Assembly (NCBI RefSeq): GCF_009914755.1
Contig: NC_060940.1
Strand: one strand, 5' to 3'
DNA length: 64,000 nucleotides
Source: the human T2T-CHM13v2.0 reference genome, Homo sapiens
Part shown: positions 62,301-64,000 of the stretch, in pieces
Layout of the letters: the number at the start of each line of letters is the position of its first letter
How positions within the stretch are numbered: the stretch's first letter is position 1
Made by a program: the position numbers and the translations under genes
The notes under the pieces: generated by a model
Databases searched by the model: none
Seen by the model: the letters and a program-made list of their open reading frames with translations, nothing else
Told to the model about the DNA's origin: nothing

Positions 62301-64000
62301 TTTCAATTCCATTCTATGATGATTCCATTCGAGTCCATTCGATGATTCCATTCAATTGCATTCGATGATTCCATTATATTCCAGTCAACGATGATTCCAT
62401 TCGAGTCCATTCGATGATTCCATTAGAGTACATTTAATGATTGCTTTGTTTTCAATTCGAAGATGATTACATTGGATTCCATTCTATGATACCATTCGAT
62501 TCCATTCAATGATGATTCCACTCAAATCCATTGGATGATTCCATTCGTGTCCGTTCGGTGATTTCATTAGATTCCATTCGAGGATGATTCCATTCGATTC
62601 CATTCGATGATTCCATTCAATTCCATTCGATGATGATTCCATTCCAGTCCATATGATCATTCCATTTGATTTCATTCGATGATGATTCCATTCGATTCCA
62701 TTCGATGATTCCATTCTATTCCATTCGATGATGATTCCATTCGAGTCCATTCGATGATTCCATTCGAGTCCATTTAATGATTCCATTGGGTTCAATTCAA
62801 TGATGATTACATTGGATTCCGTTCTATGATTCCATTCAATTCCGTTCATTGACAATTTGATTCCATTCGATGATGATTCCATTTGAGTTCATTCGATGAT
62901 TCTATTCGATTCTCTTCGATGGTGATTCAATTCTATTATATTGGATGATTCCATTCGATTCCATTTGAAGTTGATTCAATTCGATTCTATTCGATGATGA
63001 TTCCATTGGATTTCACTTGATGATTCTATTCGATTCCATTCAATGATGATTCACTTCTCGTCCATTGGATGATTCCATTTCATTCCATTCGATGATGATT
63101 CCATTCGATTCCTTTCGATGATTCCATTTGATTCCATGCGACGGTGAGCAATTCGATTCAATTCCATGATGATTCTATTTGATTCAATTAGATGATGTTT
63201 CCATTCGAATCCATTCCATGATTATTCCATTGGAATCCATTTGGCGATGATTCCATATGAGTCAATTCAATGATGATTCCATACGGGTCCGTTCGATGAT
63301 AATTCCATTTGATTTCATTCGATGCTTCTATTCAATTCCAGTCGATGATGATTCCGTTGGAGTCCATACGATGATTCCATTTGATTTCATTTGATGATGA
63401 TTCCATTCGATGATGATTACATTGGATTCCATTCTATGATTCCATTCAATTCCATTCGTTGATGATTCGATTCCATTCAATGATGATTCCATTTGAGTTC
63501 ATTCGATGATTCTATTCGATTCCGTTCGATGGTGATTCAATTCTATTATATTGGATGATTCCACTCGATTCCATTTGATGATTATTCCATTGGAGTCCAC
63601 TTAGTGAATCCTTTAGATTCTACTCGAAGATGATTCCATTCGAGTCCATTCGATGATACCATTCAATTCCATTCGTTGATGCTTCCATTCAAGTGCATTC
63701 GATGATATCATTCGATTCCATTTGATGATAATTCCATTTGATTCCATGCAATGATTCTATTCGATTCCATTCAATGATAATTCCATTCAATTCAGTGATT
63801 CCTCTGGACTCCATTTGATGATGATTCCATTCAATGATTCCATTCGATTCTATTCGAAAATGATTCCATTTGAATCCATTTGATGATGATTCCATTAGAT
63901 TCCATTTGATGATTCCATTCGATTCCATTTGATGATGATTCCATTCGATTCCATTTGATGATTCCATTCTATTCTATTCGATGATGATTCCATTCGATTC
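56326..64000 (+). repeat. 9.6-kb higher-order repeat, copy 3 (truncated by window end)
   Basis: Landmarks H 56385, A 57016, B 57383, C 58402, D 58889, E 60303, F 61508, E 62484, F 63689. Confidence 0.9.

Larger units (their letters stand above)
1..64000 (+). repeat. Human satellite 2 (HSat2/HSATII)-type pericentromeric tandem array, CATTC strand on +
   Basis: Continuous diverged (CATTC)n with the HSat2 hallmark CATTCGATTCCATTCGATGAT(GAT). It is dense in TCGA (TaqI) and GANTC (HinfI) sites and has 23/26-bp basic units. Long pure (CATTC)n runs typical of HSat3 are absent (at most about 3 pentamers). No non-satellite sequence seen. Confidence 0.98.

Noticed and set aside
559-63967. About 150 minus-strand ORFs of 60-132 aa (MESSNGIEWNHR-like), including the 132-aa ORF open in 11 copies
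   Set aside because: They are direct translations of (GAATG)n/ATCATC repeats, which are ATG-rich and stop-poor on the minus strand while the plus strand is full of TGA. They overlap in several frames, show no domain or gene structure, and are freely broken by frameshifts. Recurrence only reflects DNA-level duplication. Used only as landmarks.
1-64000. CRISPR-like repeat/spacer array
   Set aside because: There are no unique spacers between constant repeats and no cas genes. All of the sequence derives from the same pentamer.
1-64000. HSat3 or alpha satellite, with heat-shock elements or CENP-B boxes
   Set aside because: The CATTCGATGAT grammar is HSat2. I saw no long pure CATTC runs, no 171-bp monomers and no CENP-B box. 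GAA/TTC triplets are mostly same-orientation repeat content.
1-64000. Strand inversion or embedded Alu/L1
   Set aside because: No GAATG-strand segment, poly-A tail or non-satellite stretch was seen, and all ORF landmarks stay on one strand.

Overview
The whole 64 kb is one uninterrupted pericentromeric satellite array of the human satellite 2 (HSat2/HSATII) type. It consists of diverged CATTC pentamers arranged as 23/26-bp units (TTCCATTCGATTCCATTCGATGA[TGA]), with the CATTC strand on + throughout. I see no genes, RNA genes, transposon insertions, inversions or unique sequence, and the ~150 minus-strand ORFs are by-products of the repeat. Using recurring ORFs and rare variants as landmarks (modules A-H, named by the low coordinate of landmark ORFs, e.g. 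A 21751, B 22118, C 23147, D 23673, E 25064, F 26269, G 26636, H 27198), the array resolves into a ~6.08-6.13 kb nested unit ABCDEFGH. That period suggests the HSat2B-like array of chr16q11.2 (from recall, not verified). Module order along the window: C | ABCDEFGH | A' | ABC | GH | ABCDE | ABCDEFGH x3 | A' | ABC | G | HABCDEF EF GH A' | HABCDEF EF GH A' | HABCDEF EF. The interesting content is structural: six distinct rearrangement junctions, a junction-bearing block that recurs 26.6 kb apart, and a young 9.6-kb higher-order repeat built stepwise from the older junctions. There is also an invariant DUX4-consensus site whose copy number is doubled in that 9.6-kb unit. I found no evidence of a new protein-coding system.
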